Assembly (NCBI GenBank): GCA_013239625.1
Contig: MU053934.1
Span: 7,272,399 to 7,334,069, forward strand
Length of the DNA: 61,671 nucleotides
Direction: 5' to 3'
Source: Lama guanicoe
Lineage: Eukaryota
This document shows positions 36,823 through 51,538 of this stretch, in pieces (within the stretch, counting starts at the first letter, position 1; every line of letters begins with the position of its first letter). Under the pieces are notes generated by a model. The model was not told where the DNA came from, did not search any database, and was given only the letters and a program-made list of their open reading frames with translations. Made by a program: the position numbers and the translations under genes.

Positions 36823-39800
36823 GGGCTGCGTTCCCTTCCTTAGGGGCAGTGTGGGCTGACAGAGCTCAGCGCTCGTGGTCCCTCCAGCCGGAACAGCCCC
36901 AGGTGCCTCTGTCCACCCCTTTCTGTTATCTTTCCCTTGCCCCTCACCATCAGCTGTCAAGGCCCGAGGCTTAGGACAGAAGGTGGGCAGGGTAGCCACC
37001 GCCCCCTGCTCCGGGGCTGGGCAGCGGGGAACACACTGGCGCTTGCCAGCCCAGCACCGTGTTCCGGCCAGAATGGGAATCGGGCCCTGAGGCGTGAGCT
37101 GCCTAGTGTCCTCAGCCACCACGGGAGAGACCCCCAGCAGGACAGAGCCCTTGGGGACTTTGCTCAGAAATTTGCTGTTCTGTAAAGACCCACCCAAGGA
37201 CCTGGGAAGAGAACCAGCCTACAGATGGGGCTACCATGCAGCATTATTATATAAGAAAAATCAAGGGAATTAAACTTGAAAAAAAATTGGTCGATTGGTG
37301 GGCGGGAAAGCCTGTGGCTCCCTGCAGGGACCCTGCAGACGCCCAGGCTCCGTTCAGCAAAGAGACCACTGCATCCATGGGCAGAGTGAGTGCGAGATGG
37401 ACCACCGGGAATGCACTACATACAAGTACAAGGATCCTATTTTTAATTTAAAAGCATATGAGATACAATATGGTTCAGGCTGGGACAAATCAGAAAAGAC
37501 ATAAAAGTACCTCATCTGCCTAAATGAAAAACAAGAAACAAAATTTGATGGCATCCCTGTTCCCTCACAGAGGGTCCTGAAATGCCCCAGGGCACCCCGC
37601 TTGGGTGCAGCTCCTCTTAAGTGACACAATGGACATCCTGTGGGTGCTGGTCAGTGAGCAGTGCCAGATGCCAGGCCCAGAGGCCAGTTGGCCAGGGTCC
37701 CTGCAGCAGATGCTCACCTGCTTCCCTGGACAATAGGAGGCCGATGGCCTGATGCTGGGGAGACCAAGGGCCAGGCAGCTCAGGGAAGCACCTCCCCTGG
37801 CTGGCTGGGAGAGGCAGCAGAGCTGGAAAAGGGACCTGGAGGAGGGTGGGATCTGCCAGTCTCCTGGGGGAAGGATGACCCAGGCAGAGAAAAGTCCAGT
37901 GAGTTTGGGGCTGGTAGGCACAGTGTATATGGAGGGCCTTTGAACCCTCCCAAGCCTAGAAGGCTTAGTGGAGGGCCCTGAAGAACCACTGTGTGTTGGG
38001 CGAAATGGCCACATGTCAGAAAAATTCTTTGGGCCAGAGGGTGGAATTCTATTGGATGGGATGGGGCTGTGGGCTGAGACTGGTGGGGCCTCCAGCAGTG
38101 GTCCAGGTGGGAAGCCAACTGAGGAGGCTGTCACCGGGCTTGGGGACTGCTGGGCTGGGAGATGGGGGACATGTAACAAGACACCTTTATTCTGGGCTTA
38201 AGCACAGGCCAAAGAATGCTGGAGGGGTGGCCCATTCAGGAAGCAGGCAAATGATGAGTTTACTCTGGGAAAAATCAAACAAATCAAACAAAAAGCATCA
38301 TTGTGAAAATGACCAGATGCTATAACTCTCAGACTTTGGGAACACTTCTCCTGCTATCAAACAGAAAAAAGTAATGGGAGATGTAAGAAAACAGAAATTG
38401 TCAACCTGGGCGATTCCAAATGGGGACCACTGCCGGAGGCCTGGGCCAGGTGCCCGACAGTCTGTTGACAGCCCAACAATTTCCCAAGGCCTGCTTCGGA
38501 CGCCGCATATTTTCTACTTATGCATGTTCTGGAAGCCTTCAGAGGAAGCATCTGCCCCAGAACATGACATCACTAATGGAACAGTCAATATTTGACTTGA
38601 ATCTGTTTAGCAGATACACTCTCACCGAGCAAGCTGGGCATTGGCAGACGACTCCTGTCCTCCAGCACCGCTGAGCTGCCCTCAGCGCTCACTCCCAGTG
38701 AGGGACTCCACCCTTTCCCAGACACATCTGAGAGGCAAAGATAAAACAGCATAACCTGGGCTGTCAGAACTGGGGGGTGGAAAAGCTGTGCGTAGAAGCC
38801 GAGGGTGGAGGCTGCTAGCCGCATGGATTATGCCTCCTCTTGGGGAAGCAGACACAGTCAGGGCTGGAACAGGAGCAAGGTGGGGCAGGCGGTGGCACTT
38901 GTAATTTTCAAGACAAATATAGTTAATCCCCTTTTTATGCACTAGGAAGCAAAGGTCCAAAGACCCACTGTCAGCCTTGGGACAGAGTAAGAAACAGCAG
39001 AGCCAGGGCTCAAGCCCAGGTCTGACGCAGAGGCCGGAAGCCACACCTGCCATCACCAGGCCTAAACATCAGAAACACACAGAACACACTGACCAATAAG
39101 CTGGAACAATGTCAGGCTTCACATGAACACAGCAGACAAATCTCCCCAAACTGCAATTTGTTTGGATTCTGGCTAAATGCCATTTGTATTGCATTTCTCT
39201 CACTTTGTATTATATCAGAGCCATTAAAAAAACAAACAAACAAACAAACAAAAAAACCAACGTATTCCCTAACTGGCATAGAAACATCATTAAACACGTG
39301 AGCGCCCACACACACAAGACATGAAGGAATGACGTGTTCACGCAAGGGCACAGGAAAGACCTCCACCTTCTATGTCCTGAGAGTAATCCTGTTCCTAATA
39401 TTGTAACCACAAATAGGAGGGGAGCTGAAAGAGAAACTCAGGACGGAGAGTGAAGCATCAGTGGACAGGTGTCAAATGCGACAACAAAAGGCTCTTACTA
39501 ATAGGACCACCCCCAGGGGTTATTCGAGTGCGTCAGTCGCTCTACCGACAGACTCTGGTTGCCTCCCTGTATTTTTCTGTAAGTCCCTGGTGTCCAGGGT
39601 GGCTTCCAGCAAACACGTCACGTCAAGAGCTCATCTTGCTGATGGCTGCCAACCGCGCTTACCTCTGCGTCTGCGGCGAACCCAGATGCTGACGTCATGG
39701 AAGCCAACTGTCTGGGCTCCTCAGACCGACAGACTCACCTGCCAAATCCGAGTGACAGAAATCAGTCTCTGCTGAGCACCAAGACAAAGACCGTTGTAAG

Positions 39801-40081
39801 GATAAATACTGAGGAATATTGCTAGTTGCCTGTTTTCTTTCAAATCACAGTTAAGCTAAAAGGAATGAAATCAAAGCAGCTGTCAGATTAAGTATTTTGC
39901 TTTTTCACAGCAGCGCCATCCTGTAAGATACTCAGATTTTGGTTTTGGTTTTAATTTAGTGCAAACTTTTTAAAACGTGAATACCTTATAATAAACTAAA
40001 TCACATGCTGAAGCTGTTATTGTCGAAAGAGCTTGTTTTATGCATTTGTGAAACAGTTCTTTCAGCCCTAATGAAATAGAC

Positions 40082-41032
40082 TGTGATATTGTGATTTATA
40101 GTTAGAAATACGTATTTGGTCTCCGTCCCCTTTCCTGGCGTGTAGCTCCTAAAACCCTTGTAATTTCCTTTCTAAGAGCTACAGGGACATTTTTCTGTTA
40201 TAATACGTAGTTTTGTTTCCAGTTCCTGAAATCGCTAAAGAGCATAAAGATGAAACGGGTATCTTTCATTATTCATAACAAGCCCCTTTCAACCACGCCA
40301 GTTTGTGCTGCTGGCTGGGGCTCCCAGGTAGCCTCAGTTGGGTGCTGGCTGCCAGGGGAACCATGCACGTGCCTAGAGGGTTGGAATTTCAGCCCCACCC
40401 TCCAACTTACCAGGCGGGGAGAGGGGCTGGAGACTGAATGGATTGCCAACGCCCAATGACTTCATCCATCATGCCTACATAATGAAGCCTCCATAAATAT
40501 CCCAGGACTGTGGAATCTGAAGAGCTTCCAGGCTGCTGAACATGTGGAGGTGCTGGTGTGGGGTGCTCCCAGAGAGGGCATGGGGGCTCCATGCTCCTTC
40601 CTCCACACCTCGCTCTCTGCATCTCTTCCATCAGGCGCTTCCTGAGTTGCATCCTTTACAGTAAACCAGTAATCTGCTAAGCAAACTGTTTTACTGAATT
40701 CCATGAGCCACACTGGCAAATTAATGGAACCCAAGAACAGGGTTACGAGAACCTGCAACTGAAAGGCAGTCGGTCAGAAGCACAACCTGGACTTGCCATT
40801 GGCGTCTGAAGTTGGGAGAGTTGGGGGCAGTCCTGAGGGGCTGAGCCCTTACCCCGTGGGATCTGATTCCACCTCCAGGCAGACAGTGTCAGAACTGAGT
40901 TAAACTGTAGGACCCCTGGCGCCCAGCGGAAGACCGCAGAATTGCTTGGTATGGGAAAAATTCCGATACACCTGGTGTCAGAAGAATCGTGAGCGTGAGA
41001 GTAAAGGGGAAAGGGAGTTTTCCCCAGTAACA
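40082..41032 (+). mobile_element. Solo LTR, MER21-like
   Basis: Begins TGTGATATTGTG...tatttggtctccgtcccctttcctggc...ctcctaaaacccttg and ends ggtgtcagaag...aaca, resembling the MER21 consensus as I recall it; TG...CA termini. Confidence 0.7.
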
Positions 41033-41059
41033 GACTCTTTTACCTTCCAAAGAAGGGCC

Positions 41060-41069
41060 TTTATTTATT
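41060..41069 (-). terminator. Probable TTLL1 polyadenylation signal (two overlapping AATAAA)
   Basis: Plus-strand tttatttatt reads as overlapping AATAAA hexamers on the minus strand, ~125 nt after the stop codon. Confidence 0.7.
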
Positions 41070-41193
41070 TACAGGGTTTAGGAAAGGAAAAAGGCTCTAG
41101 AAAAAGGAAATTCCAAAATAAGTCTTCAGCAAGGGTGAGTGCAGCGACAAGTTTGACCGAGTCCAGGGTGGAGTCTTTTCCTCCCGCTGGTGG

Positions 41194-41505
<312 letters not shown>

Positions 41506-43364
41506 TTACTACTGTGGACGGTCCCCACCCCCTGCAGCTGACATTTTATACAGGCCACCAGACTGAATTTGGCCGTGACCCCAAAGGAAAGGAGTGAGAC
41601 ACCAGGGTAGCGAGGGAGAGAAGTGATGTCTGCAAACACTTTACACACAGCCTCTCACTCAGCTCCTCCGGGGCAAGTGTGACTCACCCCACTTCAGACA
41701 GGGAATGGGGTGAATGGCCCACCCAGGAGGAGGGACCAGGTCAGGGGGAGGCTCAGTACTTTACCCATAAGGAAGGCCAGTGTCGCCCCCACCAGCTGGG
41801 ACCGACCGGCCCCTCGTGCACCAGGCTTGTGTAGTAGCGCCAGAGCCTACAGCCTAGGCTTTTGCATCAGAAAGAACCGGCCGAGACCTCAGCACCCTAA
41901 CCATATGGCACCTGGGTGATCCCCGGCCTTTCTTGCTGGGGGAGGACCCGGGAGGGTGGTGAAACCCCCAGCACCTGTTGCAAGCCCTGGCACCTTGCAG
42001 GCCTGGAGGCTGGGGTCTCCTATCCCACCGTGGCTTCACCACACCCTCAGGACTCAGAATGGTCGGCATTAAGATCCCCACTTCCTGTTTGAGGCAAGTG
42101 GGGCTCAGACAGGTTCACTCAGTGTGCTACAGTCACATAGCTGGTATGTGGCAGAGGTAGGATTAAGTAAAACCCAGCACTTCAGACTCTTAATTCAGAA
42201 CTTCTCACCCTGCAGATCAGAATGTGAAGTTTCTGTCTACAGCTAACGTGTGTTCACAGGTGCCACTGCTGGCCACACCCTAAGGCTCCTCTGTTCCCCA
42301 AAGACATTCATATCAAACGCAAAAGGTACTACGATGCTCAGTTATGTTGCATTAGCTAAATTTTGCTGACATCTGGAAAAGGGTGTGTTTCTGTTATGAG
42401 TTCATTCCCAGAATCAGAATCTGTGTGGGTTAGACAGCTGAGGTTGAAGGATACATTTTCTGGTGGCAAACGGGGCTGAAAGGGAAAGGTAGGCAGGAGG
42501 AAGGCCAGTTCGCAGAGTGTTAGTTACACGGCAGACACGACAGAGTTTCCCTCCGCCAGATGGGGATGTCGGACCACATGTGGGTCCCCCTCCCCTGCCC
42601 TCCCTGTCTCCCTAGGGAGAGCTGATGCTGGACACCAGGTGTTCTGCCTGTGGGGGGCTCTCCTGGGAGCCGCCCTGGCCTCTCCCCACCCCTAGGGACT
42701 CCCCGTTCACATGTTATCATTCTATTGCCTGTTCCATGTCCACATTACTGACCAAAGGGCTGGACTGGCTCACGGTCACCCCCAGCACCTCACTCCTGGG
42801 GGTGGGTGTGCAGTAAGAATCTGCTGAATAAACAGAGGGCAGACCCACATGTGGGCTACCAGTGCCACCACACATTTGTGCTGGTCTGTGCAGCTTGAAA
42901 ACACGGAACAAACAGAAATGAGCAAGTAGCTGGCATCCGGGACGGGCTGTTTCCAGGGATGGTGTGGCCACTGATGGAGCGAATGTGGAGGAGAATTAGA
43001 GACTGGATGGCTCTTCCCAGGCCCCTCCTGTGCTAGCGGGCCCTTCTCCTCGAGTTTTTGACAGGCAGAATCCACTCAGTCAGTACAGTATTATTTAAAA
43101 GGCTGAGAAACCCTCAAAACTGGGCCCTGGAGGGAGCAGATGCAAAGTGTTAGGCCTTGTGGTTCCAAGGCCAGAACGGTGATCTGGGGCAGCAGCAAGA
43201 GCCCCTATTTCTGGGTGCCAGCACTAGAGGTGTGACTGTAGACAAGTGAGCCTGCACCCTGGCTTCCTCCTCTTTGTGCTGGGACACTCGGCAGGACTGC
43301 TGTGAGCACTCAATAGAATGCAGAGTGCCTGGCATGGCAGGACAGGACAGTGCCCAGGATGTCA

Positions 43365-43665
43365 ATCCTCCCTCCCCAACTCTGAGTCCTCCCTCCCTCC
43401 CTGCCCTGGGTCCTTCCCCATTCCCCTGTCCTTCCTTCCCCACCCAGGATCCTCCCTCCTCCCCCTGAATCCTCCCTCCCTGCCCTGGGTCCTCCCCCAT
43501 CCCCTCAGATCTTCCCTCCCCCACCCCAGATCCTCCCTCCCATGTCCTCCCTCCCCCACCCCGGATCCTTCCTCCAACCCCCGGGTCCTCCCTCCCTGCC
43601 CTGGGTCCTCCCCCATCCCTCCAGGCCCTCCCTTCCCCACCCCAGGTCCTCCCTCTCTCCCCACA
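43365..43665. repeat. Degenerate C/T-rich minisatellite (~20-bp unit GATCCTCCCTCCCCCACCCC)
   Basis: CCTCCCTGCCCTGGGTCCT recurs three times and GATCCTCCCTCC-like units recur throughout. Confidence 0.85.
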
Positions 43666-46007
43666 ATGCACCACAGCTGTTAGCCAACAGGGGACTCTGA
43701 CAGGTCGTTTGAAGCACAGCGGGCAAGTCCTGAATGGAAGGACTCAGAACTATGGGCCCAGCAGTGGAGCCTCTGTATTACCACATCCGGGGAGAGGGCA
43801 GCTAAAAGGATTGGGCTGGCGGGGGAGGAGGGTCACCTTTTCGTCTTTTCAGCTAAAAGCATGAAGCGTCTGACCTTAAACTGGAAACCGAGCATCTCCC
43901 TCCAAAAGGCAATGTGTTGACAGGGACAAAGCCCCCCCACGGGCTCCCAACAGCCGGCTCCCCACCACCCTCAGCTGGATGAAGGGGGACCCACCCAGCC
44001 CCTCACACTCCTGGCGAGACTCCTTCTCCGTCACGCACAGCCCCCCCGTCTGTCTCAGTGGCCGTCAGGACTGAGCCTACGAAGCCCTTCACCACAGCTT
44101 GACGTCCATCACATTCACGTCACCTCGCACCTCCCACAAGGCCAACTCCGGAGGCTCTGGACGTGCCCACGCTGGCCCCACCTCCACGCTCTTCCTCTGC
44201 GCACTCAGACCTCTCCGTCGTCATCAGCAACCCCCACGCCCACGTCCTCCCCCTCACGCTGGAAGGTCCCCTTCACTTTCCTGCTCTGAGACCTGGCTCT
44301 CCCTGAAGACACCGCTTCCCCTGCAGCCCCTCGAGTGGGCTGTTTCCTCTCCCACGATCATGCCCCTGGGACTGGAGCCCCTCCTCCCCCAAAACCTCCT
44401 TCCCCGGTCAGCAGAATTCACCACCCTTACCCCTGCCTTGTCAGTCACCTCTAATCCTCCAGGTCACTGCCCCTAATTCCTTAAGATTCAGGCTCTTGGC
44501 TCACTGTTGTGGGTGACTGCAGTGACCAAACAAACGAGACCCGGGTCCCTGACCTATGGCCCTGTGTCTCTCCAATGACCTGTCCTCCACCCCGGCTCAG
44601 CCCCAGTCCCCGGGCAGCCAACTTCATCATGTTCGGTGACTGCACCCTGCACAAAACCTCAGCGTCAGCCTCACCCTGACCTCCGCCCCTTCTCTTCCCA
44701 GCTCACTTCCCTACAGCCTCACCCCAACAACCCCCACCACCGGGCCACCAGCCGCCTCCCACCCTCTCACTGTCCTCATCGGCTCACATTCTGCTGCTCC
44801 CTGCCCTTCCCCCAAGCCTGGCAAGCACCCACCCCAGTCCTTCCACCCTCTGCCTACAGTGCCCCGCCCACGGCCAGATGTGCCGGGGAAACCACCAGCT
44901 GACTGGTCACACGTTAGGCTCTTGACCACCCCCTCGAGGCCCCACACACTTCCCCATGCCACACACTTACATCCACACGCACGGCAGAGGGGGGGACATG
45001 GACAAGCCTGGCCCCGGGCTCCGAACCCCCAGGCCGGCAGCATCACCAGCTGGGAGCCTGGTGTCTGTGTGCATGTGGCAAGTTCACCAGCTACTTCTGT
45101 GTTTTTCAAAAATGTTAAACGCACAATTCTCTTTTACAGAAGTACGTGATGTGACCCTAACATACTCAGTCCTTCGGGTCTGGGTGCCGTCTCTTTCCCT
45201 CTCTCTCGGCTCCCCTTCCACTCCCCCCCACCTCCAGCAGCGGTATCCGTGCTGACAGCATAATGCGTGTCCTTCCACACCTCCCAGCCCGTCTGCTCCC
45301 AGGGGACCCACCACACATGGACATGCCTGTCTCACACACACAGAGGGGCGGGGGTGCTAGGGCCGATGTTTGTTTCACACGGATCATACTCCGCACCCTT
45401 TTCTGCAACTCACTTTCCTCCCTCAGCCTCCCGGGCCCATGGCAAAGCTCTGGGTCAGTCCTTCTAACATCCACTGACTGGTCTACGGTATGAACAAATT
45501 GTACCTAATTCAGCCGCTGCCATCCTGACGGGCTCTCACTCTCCCTCACTTTGGATTCGGGACCAAAGCCTTTGTTTCTGCACATGTAAAACGGAGCCAA
45601 TTACAACCCTCACCTCACAAGGCTGCTGGGGAAATAAAACAATGTGTGTCAAGCTGCTATTGTCATTTCTCTTCCTCCCAACTCTGTAAGACTGACCATA
45701 TTGTCCATTTACGGTGTAAGCGCTGCAGCTCAAAGAGATGGAGGCTTCCTCAGGGTCACACCGCTTTCAGGGGTGGACCAGAGAGTGGCGAGCATGTGGC
45801 AAGAGCTTTATTAAATTTCTTATGCACAAGACTAGACAGCAGCCTAGCACCCAAGCACTTGTCTGCTACAAGACCTATCTCATCGCAGCAATGAACAAAA
45901 TATTCTACCAAGCAAGTTGAGTTCACACACACAGAAAATCCCAGCTGGGCCTTGGCTCCCCCCGAGTCTGAAACACACAGGGCCAACTGCACAGTTATAC
46001 AAACTCA

Positions 46008-46292
<285 letters not shown>

Positions 46293-46587
46293 TTAGCATC
46301 CAGCACCTTCAGGAAGCATTTTACTATCCATTTTATTAGTCATCACGTGAAATATAAATAACACTTAAAGACAGGATTAGGAATGGAATCTACATACATC
46401 ATGCAAATAAAAACTTAGGTCAACGTATATCACAAATATAATTTCAGTGTCTACCTATGTGCTGAGCTCTGTCCTAAGTACCAAAAGCTGGAACCTTAAG
46501 TACCAAGCAAGAGCTTTGCTGGAATCAGTGACCTAGCGACCCTGAACAAGTAACATCATGGGTTGAAGTCAAAGTTCATGGACCCCT

Positions 46588-46727
46588 GAGGGTACAGAGT
46601 GCATGCCTGGCATGTATGAGGTCCTGGGGTCAAGTCCCAGTACCTCCACTAAATAAATACACAAATAAATAAAGAAACCTAATTACTTTCCCCCTCCACT
46701 TAAAAAAAGAAGAAGAAGAAGAAGAAA
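46588..46727 (+). mobile_element. tRNA-Ala-derived SINE (Vic-1-like) with degenerate head
   Basis: Imperfect 18-bp TSD CAAAGTT(CAT/AAC)GGACCCCT at 46570 and 46728; (GAA)n tail. Confidence 0.85.
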
Positions 46728-47173
46728 CAAAGTTAACGGACCCCTTTTCCTGAAGAGTAAGGTCTACCTCACCAACGAAGCAGCACTCTGAGGAAGCCAT
46801 CCAGTCAATGGACAGTCAGTCCCGGAAGGCCTCTGAGGAGCTAAGCAATGTCACAAAATCCGCAGGTTAAAATGCAGGTATGTACTCCGTGGACAGTCCC
46901 GCAGGCCCTCAGTCAGCACCTATCTACTCTTGTTTGAGGCACAGTTGGTGTCAGGCTTGGCTGTTTTCTCAGGCCACGGAGAGAAGATACAGCAACTGTG
47001 TAAGAGGTGAGATTTCTCCCAAACAGACTGTGTCTCTGTGCTGCCAGCAGGGCAGCTGATGACACAGCGACGGGCTGTATGGACCTCAGGTGCCCCTGAA
47101 ATTACCACTGCTGTGTATCATGCGATACTGTAATTCTTACTACAAACGTACTACAGTTAAGACCTATTACTAT

Positions 47174-47316
47174 GTTATTTTATTATTATTATTATTTGGG
47201 GGGGAGGTAAGTAGGTTTATTTATTTATTTATTCTTGGAGGAGGTACTGGGGATTGAACCCAGGACCTCATGCATGCTAAGCATGTGCTTTGCCATTTGA
47301 GCTATACCCTCCCCCC
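47174..47316 (-). mobile_element. tRNA-Ala-derived SINE (Vic-1-like)
   Basis: Perfect 15-bp TSD AAGACCTATTACTAT at 47159-47173 and 47317-47331. Confidence 0.92.
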
Positions 47317-47972
47317 AAGACCTATTACTATTTTAGAAGTAACGTTCACAGTTAAGATCCTGGCTCATCAAGAAGAGCCTGACTTCCATTCAGGTTACCT
47401 GCTAAAGATGGAGGAAAAGAAAACATAAATACATTTATATCTACGTAGATAAGACTGAGCTGTCTGTCTGTCTCTGTGTATACACATGGATCTGTACACA
47501 CACAGAATACAAGTCACCTGGAAGACACTGTCTGCAACACAGCTCACTTCCTAGTAACCTGGCTCTCCCGGCAGCTTCCAGTGTAGGGGTCCCCACTGAC
47601 CTTCCCTACAAGGATCACCCTCTCCATGACTTGCTCTTGAGTCAGCCTTCCTGGCTTGAAAAGGGACTGAGCTAAAGGGCCTGAGCCGCCCCCACCACAT
47701 GGGCATGGCAGAGGACATGGCACTCCGAGGCTCAGGCAGGGAGATGAGCCCACAGAATGGACAGCCTGCCCTCAGAGGCCTGGCTCCTCCTCGTGGCCGC
47801 AGAGCAGGACAACCCTGGTGGGGTGGGCTCCACGTCCAGGCCCAGGTGGGCGTGTCAGCACCACCGCCTCTGTCATCAGGAAAAGGGTGTGCGCACCTCG
47901 CCCTTTCTAGAACAGCCATCACTACATCCTGTCTACGCCTTGAAATAGGCAGATGAACCCACTTCCAAACTA

Positions 47973-48377
<405 letters not shown>

Positions 48378-48711
48378 TCAGACCCACCCAGGGGTGAACG
48401 CCGACGCTGAAGCAGCAGGACCCTCCTCATGGTGGTGAGATGCCAGCTTCCCATCTGTGACCCCCGCTCCCCAACTCTGACCCCCCTCCTCCCTTCCTCC
48501 CCTTGCTCCCCCTGCAGGGCTCAGAGATGGAAGCTCTCCTCAACCTCAGAAGTGGGGTTTATGACGCAGTCATCGGTGTCTCCACGTCTCCTTCATTGGA
48601 GGCGTAATGGCCAGCAAGGAGTATGTCCAGCGGCACGAGACTGTCCTCAGAGCGGACAGAAGTCCAGCTCCAGACCCAGGGCACCCAGAGTTTAAGCCTG
48701 TGCAGCCTCGC

Positions 48712-48740
<29 letters not shown>
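48712..48740. repeat. (CA)n microsatellite
   Basis: About 14 CA units; a shorter run lies at ~7640-7661. Confidence 0.95.
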
Positions 48741-48742
<2 letters not shown>

Positions 48743-50832
48743 AGTCCACCACGCTGCCAGTCCCCTCACAGGCTCTTTGGGATGCTCGGGGCCAACTTAC
48801 CAAACTCTTTTCTGTGACAAAAGTCAAATCCACTTAAAATTTTGGTTTTTTTTTTTAATTCCATTTCATAAACTATTTACCAAGTGCATACAAACCCACC
48901 AGCTGCTTGTTTACAACACAGACTCCCAGGCTGCCCGGGTTAAACCCTCTGGGGGAAGCCCACCAAGAGCAGTGCCACAGGCTCCCCGAGGCCTCTAATG
49001 CCCCCCCAGCAAGAACACGGACACCAGAATGAGGCCTTTCTACACATCAGAGGGTGCGCGGACCCTACTTAAAACACTGGACTTCGAACAGGAAACGGCT
49101 AAGGGGGAGAGAGCCCAGGGTAGCCCTACTCCCTGAAGGAAAACCAGCCTGGGTGGGCTGTTTCATCACGTGGAAATTTAGTGAAATCACATTTCCACTG
49201 AAAGTCTGGTGTCCTAAGTCAGTGCTCACACCACTGTCCCAGAAAGCCTCCACGGAAAAGGAAGTCGCTACTGTGTCACCCCAACCCCGCTGTCTCTGGC
49301 CCTTCAAGCCTGCCACCCCCACGCTGTGGCTCTCAGCTTCTCAGTCCTGTCCCGCGCCCTGGGTCCACCCCCTGCACCAGGCCCTTGTGCTGCCTTCCTG
49401 CAGCCGCCTGCCTCCCTGCCTGCCTCTTCCTTAGATTCCCGGAAGGCAACACACCTGGTAAAACAGAGGGACCAAATATTTGCCAAGTGAATAAAAACTG
49501 AATACATAAATCCTTGCTCCCCAAACCCTCAGGGCCTTAGAAATCCAACAGCTTTTCAGGCCAGGAGGCTGAAGCCCAGGAGATGCTCAGAGGCACCTTC
49601 CAGAGGATTCAGGCTCGAGACAGGCCCAATACCTGGGGCCGGGATACGGGTCTTCTTCATTGAACAGCCAACGCGTTCTCAAACTCTGCCAATCAGGGAG
49701 ACGAAAGGGGGCCAGGAAAGGGGGTGGAAGGGCTGGTTTAATCAGGCATTAAGGCTCGCACATCGCCTACGTTATAGCCGCTGGTGCGTACCTTCCTAAA
49801 GCGTGAGTTAGCCTCCACTGAGCGCGTTCACACAACAAGCCCAAGACATCAGTGTCGCGATCCAGATTTCACAGAGGAGAACTCGAGGCCCAGGGAGGGT
49901 GGGCGGTCACTTGTGCCAAGTCACCCACAGTGCTTGGCTTGAAATCTGAGCCCAGGACTCCCCCTCACATCCCCACCGCGACCCCCACCCAAGCTGTCGA
50001 GGTTCAAGACACGGCTTCCGTGGGGTGGGAGACGTGGCCCCTAAGATGCTTCCCTCCAACAGTTAACTAGACTAACTAGACCCTGTTTTTTCCCCGTGAA
50101 GCCCTCGCTGTAAGCTGGAGGCACAGACTGAAGGGAAAGAGGGCCTCAATCTTCCACTCGGAAGGTCTCACATCAGTATTTCCACACACGTCCACCTCGC
50201 AGCCAAACCCACATCACACTTTCTCCAGAACAGAAACGTCACTTGTTTCTGACTCCGTGGAGTGAAGCTCTTTCTTTTACAGCCCCTCAGCTCCAAGTGC
50301 GCGGGCACCGGCTGCAGTCTGGCACCAGTTTCGGCACTAAAACAGCGGCCTGCATGCTGGTGCTCCAGGGTTTATTCCCTCCTTTTCCTTCAAAAACAGA
50401 CGCGCACCTGCTTCAGCACAGTAAAACAAAACACAAACGACCCGCGTGCCAGCCAATAGATATGAGACTTGAGGTGGAAAAAAGAGAGGCTCTCTCCAGC
50501 CCCAGATGTCTATGAAATAACAAAGCAGGAGGCCTGAAAACAAGGAGGCTACTGACAGTCCGTCTCCAAAACATCAGCTTACGCCCAAATATTACCAATT
50601 CAGCGGGCACAGGAGTGTGACGCGGCCGTCACAAGGACTCTGCCCTCTTGCAGAGGTGCCGGGGCTGCGGTGGCACTGCGGGGAGCCGGCCCCTCCCTTC
50701 CCAAACCACGCTGGCCTCTGGCAGACATGTAGGAGGTGGGGCCCTAAACACTGGCTTTGGCCAAAGAACAAGCACCCCAAAGCCCAAACTCTGGTCGGGT
50801 TTGTGTTTTCTCCTTCATGCTCTCTGCTCTCA

Positions 50833-51538
<706 letters not shown>

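Noticed and set aside
43150..43726. G/E/R- and P/S-rich ORFs
   Set aside because: They are translations of the minisatellite.
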